Positions 33,436-51,526 of a stretch of 64,000 bases of DNA are shown here, piece after piece. The notes below the pieces were generated by a model, which did no database searches, was not told where the DNA came from, and worked only from the letters and a program-made list of their open reading frames with translations. This stretch comes from Styela clava (Eukaryota), in assembly GCF_964204865.1 (NCBI RefSeq), contig NC_135256.1, forward strand, positions 5,642,001 through 5,706,000, written 5' to 3'. Position 1 is the first letter of the stretch, and each line of letters begins with the position of its first letter. Made by a program: the position numbers and the translations under genes.

Positions 33436-35291
33436 TCTCCACTAGCACAAAGGCGTTGAGGTAGGGTTGCGTGTCTCACATAATGTCTACTTATAGTTAT
33501 AAAGACTATTCTTTGCTAATTTTGAGAGAGTTGACTTACTACTATATGGTCGCTTCAGCCCTCTCTGTCTATATCCTCTTTGGTAAATTTATATAATCAG
33601 CACCTGAAACAAATTCTCCAAATGGAGTGACACAACCCCTTACACCTATAGCTATGTCACTGCGATCTCTCACACTTCAGACTAACAGTATCTGATATGT
33701 GGAAATTCTTTCTCAATGATAAAACTGTACAACACACCAAAACAAGAGTTTATGTACAATATTGACACATCTATGTATTGAAAGAAATAGCCCACAAAGA
33801 ACAGAAGAGATCACCAAGATAAGATAAGTGCAGAATGGATGGACATAGGACATGTCATTGAAATGCCAATAAAAACTTGTCTTGATTAAATAGTGATGTA
33901 GATATAGAACTAGCATGCGCTATTTTGTCAAACTCTAATTCAAATAAGATACTATACCAGTAATCTAAGTTACATGTTCTAATTTCAATCATCATCCAAT
34001 TCACAATCCAACAATATTTAAAAACTGATTATAAACCCCAATTTGGGATATTATACAAATATCAATAATAATTACAGTATGTTATCTCAGTAGCATGACC
34101 ATCCTACTTTTTATTATTCTTCGATCCATATTTAAGAGCTGATATTTTCAAAATCTGAGTTCAGGTAACAAAGACCGGTGGTAATACTTAAATTTGGGGA
34201 AATATCACTAACAAATTCAAAACTTAACGTGTCAAACAAGGCAAATTCGGAAAGTGAAGAGGAATTGTGACAATATACATGTAAAATTCAAAAAAAATTA
34301 AGCCGCAGCAGGTCAAGGGTGTTAAGGAAATGACTTAAAAGGACTTTATGATTTTATTCATTGGAGATCTGGAATGGTCAAGTCTGACTGTAGCATTGGC
34401 TTATTAATGTGAATTATACAACAGACTATCTCAGTGGGAAAAGAATGATATGGGATTTTTTCTTGAAATAACACGAGAATGAATAGCATTAGAACTTAGA
34501 AACATAGAACAAGTCTCAAACTTGCAAAGAGCATGATCAATGTTACAAATCACAAAATAAAATATGTTACAAATTCTAATGTTTCATTAATATACAAGGG
34601 CAGCGAAAATAGCAAAAAAAATGAAGTGGGCGATCAATGGTCGGTATGTAACAGAATCAAATTATGAACAGAATTAGAAATGCTCACACCTATCATATTG
34701 AGAAATAATAAAATGTAAATTGACAATTACAAAGAGCTGTTATAAAGTCACAATATTCGAGGGTTTGTTAATTGCAGCACGTTGGTGCAAATTGCTATAT
34801 AGCTTTCTAACATTCAAACCATCTATTATCAAATGAATAAAAAAATATTTTTTTGTAATCAAGCATTCAAAAGTTGGACTGAATATAATAGGGCCAAGTG
34901 TGTGATGAAAACGAAAGATATACAATGTCTTGGAAAGTTACTTTTTTTCTAAAACTGCTCACATTTTACTTCGGACATATCAAGAATGGGATTCCAAATT
35001 TATATCAAGAATAAGAAAAGAAAATTTGATCAATTCGCACGCGGTTACCAGTCCAGTGTGAGAAATGGAAAAAAATAACCATTTCATCACTATTTAATAA
35101 AGGATGGCAGTAAATACACTTTCTTATCGTTATATTGCGATTTAAAAACAAAGAAATTTAGGACTGTGGATTTAGGAAAGACACACACCTGACGCGCCCA
35201 CTTAAAATTTGGATAAAAATGAAGACAATAATAATTACAAAGAGAGATAAAAACTTAGAACAGAAATCTTAGTCATCAGAAAAATGCTTGT

Positions 35292-39982
<4,691 letters not shown>

Positions 39983-42900
39983 TTAGAACATGGGTTGGCA
40001 AATTATAGCTCGCGGGCCAGATCCGAACCATCGAAGTGTTTTAACGGACCTATTTGTAATTGCTAAAATTACGACTATAGTTTTTTATGAATATAAATTT
40101 CTGTTGGTAATATCGAAAAAAACAACGTCATAATGACCACGATTGTTACTTTTGCTACTTATTATTGAATAAACGTTAGCCTAGCTGTTGGACTAGCTTT
40201 TGTAAATGAAATGTTTTTTTTTTTTTTTTTTGAGCCTACGGCCCAGTAACCAAGTCTACTGTAACCTGTAATAAGGTAATTATCCACCTCTGGCTTGGAA
40301 TAAAGAACTCTAGTCACGTAAAAGAGGCTATTCATATATAGATTGCATTGATACAAGTTTATTAAAATCAGGCATGGACAAGTGCATGCACATTCCCCAG
40401 AAGTTCAATGTAACACAGTACTGCAGTAACACATTTCTCGAACTATTTGAAAATAACCAGCAAATGCTAATGATTTATGTTATAGAAAGGAAACCTAGAA
40501 ATGATGACTGGTGTTATTAAGCTCCGTTCTATATTCAAAAATGGAAGGACTAAATATAAAGCAAATGATAAGAACATTTTATTTCAAGTGCCTTCAACAA
40601 AAGCTAATAAATTAAAAGTTTAACAACCAAGCAATAGGAGATGCTTTCCAAACATGAAAAATATTTTTGGATAGCGTAATCAGATGGGGGTTAGGATTGG
40701 GATATCGAAAAATTGTTATGCTTCGCTTACTAGAAGTATGTTAGGTACGAAACTACACCAGACCCGATTTAACGAAGTATATACAGATATAGTATACAGG
40801 CTTTGAACTATTCCACAGTCAGGGCCGTCGTAGCTTCATGAAATATATACAGATATAAATGTACATGCTATCCTAAGCCAAATCGAAATGTTAAGGCAAC
40901 CAGCATAGCAAGGTGTGCTATTGAGCAATCAAGCATCTTTGAGTAAGATTTAAAACGTAAGACGTGGTACATGCTCGTTCACAAATCAGCAAGTTGAATA
41001 AAATTAGAACAGAGAAAAGCTAAACATAAGAATATAAGATATATACCTTAGTAAATAGAAAATATACAAACAAAATAAAAAAATAAATTTTGTCAAACCA
41101 TATTAATAATTTTGTAACTGTAATCAGTCAACCACAGTATACTCAACAATAAAATACCTGGTAGACAAATTGCATATTTCTGTTATTGAAAAATTGCAAG
41201 AAGTCACAAACAGACAAAGTCACCAACCATCCATTTACAGAATTAATTACAGCTGTACCAATACAGCCCATAATGTAAAAGTCCAAAATTAATTCGGAAC
41301 AGCAATAATCAGAACAATATCACGCCCTTATAGTCCGACAATATTTATCTGTTTACATTTGTTTCTTTGTCCCCTTCAATCAATCAATTTATTTTGGTCA
41401 CTCTAAAAGAAACAAAACAACAACAAACAGAATGCAGAGGACCTGGAGGACGGGCATAACTTAATAAAAAAAAGTTAAAAGCATACAAGTACGTGCCCGT
41501 CCACCAAAATCAGTCAAAAGAACACAAAATATCTATCTTAAATAAATAAAGACACGATGTAAAATCGTGCAATGCCCCTTCACCGTATCCGCCTATAATA
41601 TCACTGACCTTTTGGGCGAAGGATGGGGAACGAAAAGTGAAGTTAAACAGACAAATTCAGGATATGCAGATTCAGTAATTTCAGAATTTGGAGCATTTAG
41701 ACTACATTACTATAAAGTATTTTACAACTGTCCCAATTTGCGACACAATCTTCTTTTTTTTTTTTTTTTTGTGCCAAATAAATTCCAATGCCAAACGGAA
41801 TTTTCGTATTAATATTTTGGTATCAAATCATTTTATTATAAATATATAAATAGATATTTTTTTGTTTCCATGTTTTTGTTTATCATTTTTTAATTTAATC
41901 CCATTCCCCCCAATACATATGAATAGTAAAAATCAAAATAAAGACAAAATTCATACCATTACCATTGCTTTAGAAACAACCCTTCTGCGATGTCGACTTT
42001 GTATAATGGCAACTAGTTCCTCAAATGCTGACCAACAAATATTTTTAACGCTCGTCACAAAATTTATACTATATTTTAATCATAGGTTATCAATAAATTT
42101 ATATTCAACAAGTTTAAGTGCTATTTTAACATTTCAAACCCCAAAATACCGTCAAATAGCAATAAGTAAGCTTTGTAAATAGTGTCGATGCGGATGAATA
42201 CTAGCAGTCAGGAGAGTAATCATATGATTTCATTTGTTTATATCGATTCGGTTCATTGCATCACCAGGGACTTCCTTGGTGTTCCCTTTGATCGCGTCCT
42301 GTCTGACTTAAAATGAAATTGCACCACAATCAGTAATGGAAATATGACATTTGTATCATCACTGCTGTCAGTAATTCTGTAACGCTATGATGCCATGGGA
42401 AACAATAAGCAATGTTTTCTATGTCGGCCCCGTTTGAAATGTTATATATTCAGATATTTTATTTCTATCGTGCAAGAATCACCACAAAAATTAAAGCACG
42501 TAAAACTGTCAAAAGTATATAAACAATCATGAAAAAATGTAATTATACACAAAGGAAATTAAAGTAATTCGATTTGAACTTCGCTGTGAGACAAAAATGG
42601 CGACACACGAGACAGACATACGGGGGATTCGGGGAAGTTTCTGAAACTTCAAATTTGGTTTTTAAAAAACGAAAAAGTAAAAGCACTACATGGTCAATCT
42701 CACCATGTAACATAGGATGAAAGCAACGACTGGATGAAAGTGAAGAAAACGGGACCATTTCTCTAACTCAACCTGGGGTTTGTGAGCGTTGTGTTAACCA
42801 AATGCCAAACCACCGTTGTGGTTCTTGAGTTTTTCAACACTAAAACACGTGTAGAATTGTGCTTTTTTAGGAGTAATCATTTATCTGTTGTTTTTGTCGT

Positions 42901-43221
42901 TTCTTTGCGATTCGCTTCCTTATATTAATCATAGTGTCACGCATCATAGTGTTTTGAGGGACAAGTAGATGTGATGAACTGAATGAAGATCAACGACTAG
43001 AATATGGAGATATCAGTTAAAATGACAATGGAGAGTTTTATTTCTGTGTGGACAACTTCATAAAAATAATGGTTTATCATTCCGCCAAACGCAATTTATG
43101 TTGACTAAAATATTTCACGGACTGCTTTTATAATGTACCGGTAAATATGCTGCGACCCTTGTTGGGGAAATTCAATTTTGCACAGAATCATGTTCACATT
43201 AGTCGGAACATTTTCTATTAG

Positions 43222-43512
43222 GATTTACATATTTATCCCGGGGGAGAGGCGAACCACGGCCTCTCGTCCGGTTACGTCGGATATGGGATTAGTTATATTG
43301 TTTGTTTTCGGAAGCATGAACTTGGTGGTGGAGGAAGCCGTAACCGACCAGCGTTTACGTGAATCACCCAACGACGGCGAGGAGTCTAGCGATTCTCTCG
43401 CGCATAATCATCCCTGCATGGGATTCGGACCTGCGAACCCACGCAGAGTAATTAGAGGTGCGGTGGCGAGCGTATTCCTAACGCTTAGCCCGTTGAGCCA
43501 CACCGCCGCGCC
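43222..43512 (-). mobile_element. tRNA-derived SINE, young copy with small internal deletions
   Basis: Very similar to 18953-19293 and starts at the same 5' base; candidate TSD TATTAG (43216-43221 and 43513-43518). Confidence 0.85.
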
Positions 43513-44624
43513 TATTAGCGCCAATCAAACAATTACTTCAGTTGTCATTGGGCTGTGAACGTTTCGAATTCAGCCGGTTCTGTTACAAAAAGTCATTGAC
43601 AGGAACCAGTAATGCTAATCGGTTCGCTGATCTCATAAAATTCCGTGAGACGGTTCTATAGAACCGATGCTAACCGGCTGAATCCCACCACTGCCTAAAT
43701 CCCATACAAAACTTTTGAAATCCCAAATATAACGCTACTCGTCAGCTGATAGATAGATAGATATTTTTTTTCGATGACTCCACAATATGATAATACAAGT
43801 AAAATTAAAAATGGAGAATTCTGGAGAGCGAGCGAAACCTTTAAAAAAGTTTAAAACACGATGAGTATCATGTGCCCGCCCACCAACACGCATTCACAAC
43901 AAAAAACACAAATCTTGATAAACAAGGCTTGGGCCAAAAATAAACACACACAAAAATACGCGTATGTAATAAACTTTCGGGGTGTTGTATACTTTTAAAA
44001 TACTCAAGCCAATAAGGACTAATTCGATCTGATACAAAGACAACGTGTGTAGGTATAATGTGATAAGGTGGCGAGAAGGGTCAAAAAACCATGAAAACTA
44101 CATTGATTTGGCATTGGTGAAAATGTGGTACAGTGAATCCAGAAACATACAAAAAAAAATCAAAACAATGCTGGTAAATTCTACGCTCAGGCAATTATGA
44201 AAACAATCTGATCTGACTAATCACTCGTAAATATGTAGGCTCATGTAATCAATGAAGCCAATGTTCTTAAAAACAGTAAACGCACAAAACAAAAACAATA
44301 ATACGCCATAAAATGAATATGTAACAACATTATGAATTGGTATGATTATATCGGATCGTTCGAATGCTCATTTAGCCTGTTATCAAAGTCATTGTGGAGA
44401 AAATTAGTACACATGTGATTATGAAGAGTATTCTGATTCTGTTATATCTGTCCCCAGTGTGTTATATCTGTCTGCGTGCGCATAACCCATTTGTTGCGAT
44501 CGTCTGACGTCTAAAATAAGAACGGATTCGCTGATTATCACGATATTCCAAAAACAGGTTCGCGCGAACGCCCCTAATCCCACCACTGCAACTAGGTATG
44601 AAAGAAACAGACACAAAGTTACTC

Positions 44625-44796
44625 GGCGCTTCGGAAGTATGTGTATCAATATCTAGGTAACTATTTTTGTTCTTGCAGGGGTATATTCACTTGGCTAACA
44701 CACACAGTCCCCGAACTCGTAATCGAACTAACATAAGGAAAATCGTAATAAAATTATGGCCTAACCCTAACCTGGTACACATACTTCGGGAGTACC
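44625..44796. mobile_element. Merlin-like MITE subfamily B; the same insertion is duplicated at 49368-49603 and ~52614-52849
   Basis: All three share the flank AGACACAAAGTTACTC. The 49368 copy keeps a perfect 8-bp TSD AGTTACTC. Confidence 0.75.
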
Positions 44797-45380
44797 CGTC
44801 ACTTAATATCTAATCAAATGTAAAGGATTTTCTGCTAATCTTACAAATTTTTCATGATTGAAAATTTATATAGAGCTAGAGAAGTGGTTGCCAACCTTTT
44901 TTTAAATTGTCCCGTTATTACAAAAACCATTTTTTTATAACTGCCTTTGAGTGCGCTATCACTACTTTTTAATGAGTGCCGTATTTCCCGGCGATTGGGT
45001 CGATTTATTCACAGGACCTAATTTTTCAAACTGATTTACGCGAGTCGGATTATATGGGTTGATTAGCATGGACCAGAAAATACCGGGAGTCAAAATTGGT
45101 CTGGGCGGTAGCGGAAAATACGGTAATGATAATAATACATAACTCGTACTTTCATGTTACTCATTCCATAGAAAGTTTGCCTTTTGTAGACTTTAACTTT
45201 CCATATTAACAATTGAATTGATATTAGAAGATGAACACGAGGTCCCTTACAGTTACGCAATTTACACGCAGCACTTAGAATTAAAAATAAAATGAAAAAC
45301 ACAATTAGATGAAATTTTGAAGCTGCCACATCTGCAAAATTTCCGCGACCGCAAAGTTTCTTGTCAAATAACAATCCAAC

Positions 45381-45583
45381 GGTTCCATTACATTTGAACC
45401 CACGTACATTTGAACCCATGACAATTGCACCTGTATGCTATTGCACCTATGGAATTTTTTTTGTTTTTCGGATAGTTGAACCCATACTAACCCTAACCTA
45501 TGGGTTTTAGCACCCGCATATGGATTAAACCCGTGGATATACACATGGGTTCAAATGTACGTGGGTTCAAATGTACGGCCACC
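45381..45583. mobile_element. Foldback/Mutator-like MITE with internally repetitive TIRs
   Basis: TACATTTGAACCCACGTACATTTGAACCCATG is inverted at the other end; GG..CC termini; perfect 9-bp TSD CAATCCAAC. Confidence 0.82.
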
Positions 45584-46880
45584 CAATCCAACACACACAA
45601 CACATAATCCAAGTGGTAAAATTAGACAACTATGGCGATGCTTCCCAACTGAGAAAATATTCCGCCCAAGGAAGAAATTTAACCGATTAAGAGAGGTATT
45701 TTGCTTTTATATTTATAACGTAAGCATTTCGCATTAAGTACATATCGTGCAGCACAAATATTAATTTATTTTTTTGTAATAAATCACATGAACCGTACAA
45801 AAACGAAAATGCCACTTGCACATTACCATTAGAAAGCGTTTCCCACGACTTGTATTACAAACATAGTCTTTGTTATTTAATTTTATATATATATTCCAGG
45901 AAAATTAGAAACCTGTTAGAGAATGAATAAATAAAGTAGTTAATGTAGTATTCATAACATAACTGTGCTGTCAACAGATAAGATGTCATAACGGTAAGAG
46001 TGTTCTGAAGTGGGAAGTGACAGTTTGTATGGGATTGAACAACCCAAAGCCTCAAATATTTTAATCAGTAATCAGTAGTTTATTTTATCCACGATACATG
46101 AAGTACCATATACTAATTAATACAGTATGTAAAAAGAGGAAAAAACTGGTAAGTCGAGGTGAAAAGGAGTCGCGAGAAACCAAGACTGGTTATCGAGCAG
46201 CGACACCCGTAAAAAAAATTGATTTTGATTATTTCTTGTTTTTAATTTTTCGGCCTATAAACGAATCTATTTTTTCCACCACTGACTAGGTAGATCTTAT
46301 AGAAAAAGTCGCACATGGAATTCTTTTGTTCTACGACCCCCTAAAAAGTGCTTTGCGACCTCCAGGTTGGGAACCAGTGAACCACTGAAAACTCAAAGTT
46401 ACTCTGGGCGAAAGGAAAGGGATATGATGGCTGGCTTAAACATATATATGATATCTCACGTCCTCTTGTCCGATTAACAGTCTGGACATGAGATTAGTTA
46501 GTCAGTTACCCGTTTCATAAACCTCTATAGCGCGAGATTGTTGCATACAAGTTGCAATTTTTCTATCAGCCTTCTTCCCATATTTAGTTGAGAGATCTGA
46601 ACCTCGTTATAAACAATCTTACACACATGTATAAAAAAAAAATGCCGTACTCTCAAATAATTTTCAGTGTAATACATTGCCATAATTATTTTAACATATT
46701 GAACAATCATAAAATCTGGTAATCAAATGAAATAAAATAATTTGTTAAGAAATTCAAACAGTATCCAGTGTATTAAACACCCATATTTGTTATTCTTTAA
46801 TTTTAACATAATAAGCAGTTTAAGATTATCATAAATCTAGCAATAAAAATAAAATAATTTATTAAGAACTTTAGACTGGA

Positions 46881-48317
46881 TTACAAGTTTGTATTTAACT
46901 TCAAGTCCACATTGAGTACATTCGTAAAACATAGAACTCTAATGATATTTGTGCCACATTGTTTCTTTGGTACGCACACTCTCTTATGTGTGTATAGTGA
47001 TTTGCTATGCCCGTACTCTTTCCCGCATGTTTTACATTTATAATTTTTTTCCTGATTGTGAATTGCAATAATGTGAGCTTTCAAGCAGTTGATATATCCA
47101 AATCTCTTCTCGCAAATATCACATTTATATTTCTTTTCACCTAGAACACAATAAAAATACAGCAAGGTAATTCATGTGTCCGTATTATACAAAATAAATC
47201 TTAGCAATACTTGTGGTATGTGAGGATTTAAAATGTTTTAAAGAAATATCTCCAATTTTTCAATTAAGATGGGAGCATGCTTCATTATACTCTCGAAGTA
47301 TGTGAACCAAGATGGCGGACACCCTAACGTAGTAAGTGTACCAAGTTAGGTTTAAGCCATAATTTTATTCCAATTTTCTTATATCAGTTGTTTTACGAGT
47401 TCGGGGACTAGCCAAGTGACTTCCGTATTATTTGTATCTGAAAATTTTGCCTAAACTGGTACACATACTACGTTCCGGTGTCCGCCATCTTGGTTCATTT
47501 ACTTCGGGAGTATCTGATTTGTAAATATGATAAATACAAAACTTGAAAATTTACCTGTGTGTGTTATCATGTGTGATTTTAGATGAGCAAGTTTCCGGAA
47601 TGACTTATTGCATATTTTACATATGCACGGTCTTTCGTTGTTATGAACTCTCATGTGAAGTGTCAAAGACTGATTCCGTTTAAACGATTTCAAGCATACT
47701 TTGCATTGGAATGGTTTTTCATCCGAATGCATTACCATATGGTTATCAACATGAATCTTTTTCCAAAATGCCTTTTCACATATTGGGCATTTATATGACT
47801 TCTCATTATCTGACAAATGGATATTCGTATGACTCGTCAAACCTGACTTTCTTCTAAATGATTTGCCGCAAATATCGCAGTGATGATTTTTTTCCTGAGT
47901 GTGAGTTTTTTTATGTTTAGTCAGGCCTGTTTGGAATCTGAATGATTTTCCACATTCAGTGCAATTGTATTTCTTCTCCTGTACAATATGAATCTTCAAA
48001 TGCTTTTTCATAAATGCATTTTCGCTGAAAATTCTATCACAAACGGGGCATCGATATTCCACTCCAAAGTGTGTCTTCGAATGGTCCTTGAGTCTACATT
48101 CAGTGGTGAACGATTTACCACAGACTTCACACATATAAGGTTTGTCATCATGTGTCAACATATGTTTATGCAATCTTATCTTAAAACGAAAATATTCTCC
48201 ACAAAAACTACACTGTTTCCTTTTTTCATTTAGATGTTGTTCACCTTCACATTGTAACTTTGCCTGCTTAGAAGATAGCATTATTAAACTATTGCCAACA
48301 TCTTCTGCAACAAACAT
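46881..48317 (-). CDS. C2H2 zinc-finger protein copy 1; exons 48317-47555 and 47140-46881, 340 aa, 9 C2H2 + 1 C2HC fingers
   Basis: Eight CxxC..HxxxH fingers lie in exon 1. A phase-1 intron splits the HTG|EKKY linker (G|GTAAAT...TTCTAG|GT). No effector domain is visible. Confidence 0.9.
47288..47514. mobile_element. Merlin-like MITE subfamily A in the ZF intron (also ~50532-50759, and ~53778-53983 with a 23-bp TIR deletion)
   Basis: TIRs CGAAGTATGTGAACCAAGATGGCGGACACC / GGTGTCCGCCATCTTGGTTCATTTACTTCG. Confidence 0.8.
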
Positions 48318-50119
48318 ACATTCAGAGTCAAAGCAACTTTAAAGTCTTGGAAAGAAATGTAGCCTGACTAATTGGGGTGAGGGCTGATTTATAAACTACC
48401 CAGGATGTGAACACACTGTATACCTAACGAAGAATCTAAAACATGATGAGGGCCTAGTGTGGCTGGACTACGTTTTCGCTAACATAAGAAAGAAAATTCA
48501 TTGCATTGCATAAATCTTTCGCAGTTCCAATCATCGAATACGAAAGCAATTTTCGAATTAATTATTACAAACTATTACAATTTTATTGCGTCAAGAAGCG
48601 GAAATTTAGCAGCCAATAGGCAGTGGTGAGATTCAAAATGTTAAGGACAGGTTCCCTCATTTCATAAAACCATGAACTTATAGGGAAAGATTAGTAATTT
48701 GAACGAACATTTTTAAATACATAGAAAAAGGCTGATTATTAGTATTGGAGAAATTCTCCTTCTCTGTAGTATTATCCAGTCTTGTAAATACAACCTTAAC
48801 GTGTATACTGTTCAATAAACTAAAAAAGAATTGTCGTTTGTCCGCTATCATCTATTGTCTGCTGGGGGCGAGCGCCTACATAACTGAACATCGAAGTGAA
48901 GAATAATTTGTGCAAGTTAAAAGACAAGAGCCCGTGATCCTTTAAAAGACCTACGAAAGATCTCGTACGCCGGCTCAATTTATATTTAGGACACCTATTC
49001 TGAAAACTAAAACAAGAAAGAGATCTCGGTTTATCACGACTTTCCAATAACCAGTTCGCGCGGATCCTTGAGTACCCCCTGAATCCCAACACTGCGTTTT
49101 ATCTACTTCTGTCACTCTCAGTCAAAGGTTCAAGCGCACATACACACCTTTTAGAAAAACCCAAGCAATGCTTCAAGGGAAACATTCACAGCCGAATCGA
49201 GACTAAGGTAATTGTTTCAATAGGAAATGTCAACATAATTTTGTTCAAAATACAATTTCCCGTACAAGTGACGCCACGTATTTGTAACATTGAAATATTC
49301 CAAGAACGGATTCGCGCTAATCCCAACACTGCAACTCTGTTTGAGAGCAAAAGACACAAAGTTACTCGGCGCTCCAGAAGTATGTATATCAATATGAAAG
49401 TAACCATTTTTTGTAACGGAACCGGCTAAAAATATGACATTTGTCTGATGAAACCGGCTGACGAAAAAATTTGAATCCCACTACTGGGTATATTCACTTG
49501 GCCAACACAGACAGTCCCCGAACTCGTTATCGAACCAACATAAGGAAAATCGTGATAAAATTATGGCCTAACCCTAACCTGGTACACATAGCACGGGAGT
49601 ACCAGTTACTCAATATATAATCAAATAAAAAGGGTTTTCTGCTAATCTTACAAACTTTTCATGATTGAAATTTTAATATAGAACTAGAGAAGTGGTTGCA
49701 AACCTTTTTTTAAATTGTCCCGTTATCACAAAAAACATTTTTTTTTATAACCGTCTTTGAGTGCACTATCAATACTTTTTAACGAGTGCCGTATTTCCCG
49801 GCGATCAGCCTTTTTCCCATATTTAGTTGAGAGATCTGAACCTCGTTATAAACAATTTTACACACATGTATAAAAAAAAAATGCCGTACTCTCAAATAAT
49901 TTTCAGTGTAATACATTGCCATAATTATTTTAACATATTGAACAATCATAAAATCTGGTAATCAAATGAAATAAAATAATTTGTTAAGAATTTCAAACAG
50001 TATCCAGTGTATTAAACTCCCATATTTGTTATTCTTTAATTTTAACATAATAAGCAGTTTAAGATTATCATAAATCTAGCAATAAAAATAAAATAATTTA
50101 TTAAGAATTTTAGACTGGA

Positions 50120-51526
50120 TTACAAGTTTGTATTTGACTTCAAGTCCACATTGAGTACATTCGTAAAACATAGAACTCTAATGATATTTGTGCCACATTG
50201 TTTCTTTGGTACGCACACTCTCTTATGTGTGTATAGTGATTTGCTATGCCCGTACTCTTTCCCGCATGTTTTACATTTATAATTTTTTTCCTGATTGTGA
50301 ATTGCAATAATGTGAGCTTTCAAGCAGTTGATATATCCAAATCTCTTCTCGCAAATATCACATTTATATTTCTTTTCACCTAGAACACAATAAAAATACA
50401 GCAAGGTAATTCATGTTTATGTGTCCGTATTATACAAAATAAATCTTAGAAATACTTGTGGTATGTGAGGATTCAAAATGTTTTAAAGAAATATCTCCAA
50501 TTTTTCAATTAAGATGGGAGCATGCTTCATGATACTCTCGAAGTATGTGAACCAAGATGGCGGACACCCTAACGTAGTAAGTGTACCAAGTTAGGTTTAA
50601 GCCATAATTTTATTCCAATTTTCTTATTTCAGTTCTTTTACGAGTTCGGGGACTAGCCAAGTGACTTCCGTATTATTTGTATCTGAAAATTTTGCCTAAA
50701 CTGGTACACATACTACGTTCCGGTGTCCGCCATCTTGGTTCATTTACTTCGGGAGTATCTGGTTTGTAAATATGATAAATACAAAACTTGAAAATTTACC
50801 TGTGTGTGTTATCATGTGTGATTTTAGATGAGCAAGTTTCCGGAATGACTTATTGCATATTTTACATATGCACGGTCTTTCGTTGTTATGAACTCTCATG
50901 TGAAGTGTCAAAGACTGATTCCGTTTAAACGATTTCAAGCATACTTTGCATTGGAATGGTTTTTCATCCGAATGCATTACCATATGGTTATCAACATGAA
51001 TCTTTTTCCAAAATGCCTTTTCACATATTGGGCATTTATATGACTTCTCATTATCTGGCAAATGGATATTCGTATGACTCGTCAAACCTGACTTTCTTCT
51101 AAATGATTTGCCGCAAATATCGCAGTGATGATTTTTTTCCTGAGTGTGAGTTTTTTTATGTTTAGTCAGGCCTGTTTGGAATCTGAATAATTTTCCACAT
51201 TCAGTGCAATTGTATTTCTTCTCCTGTACAATATGAATCTTCAAATGCTTTTTCATAAATGCATTTTCGCTGAAAATTCTATCACAAACGGGGCATCGAT
51301 ATTCCTCTCCGAAGTGTGTCTTCGAATGGTCCTTGAGTCTACATTCAGTGGTGAAAGATTTACCGCAGACTTCACAAATATAAGGTTTGTCATCATGTGT
51401 CAACATATGTTTATGCAATCTTATCTTAAAACGAAAGTATTTTCCACAAAAACGACACTGTTTCCTTTTTACATTTAGATGTTGTTCACCTTCACATTGT
51501 AACTTTGCCGGCTTAGAAGATAGCAT
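50120..51526 (-). CDS. C2H2 zinc-finger protein copy 2; exons 51526-50800 and 50379-50120, 328 aa if the second Met is used
   Basis: Same structure as copy 1. A TAA at 51530-51532 replaces Leu11, so the ORF starts at the next ATG. Confidence 0.8.

Noticed and set aside
41376-42200. Possible LINE 3' remnant ((TCAA)n tail, hairpin GGACGGGCA..TGCCCGTCC; similar motif at ~43745-43885)
   Set aside because: Plausible, but too degraded to set boundaries or show reverse-transcriptase homology by eye.
48820-49092. 90-98-aa ORF repeated in the ZF units
   Set aside because: It is repeated only because of the duplication, is interrupted by a stop in copy 2, and has no domain signature.
48621-49486. Inverted hAT-like ends (CAGTGGTGAGATTCAAA ... 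TTTGAATCCCACTACTG) inside each ZF unit, suggesting a transposon drove the triplication
   Set aside because: No matching TSD, the ends do not bracket the ZF gene, and the right end lies inside another MITE; these look like independent fragments.
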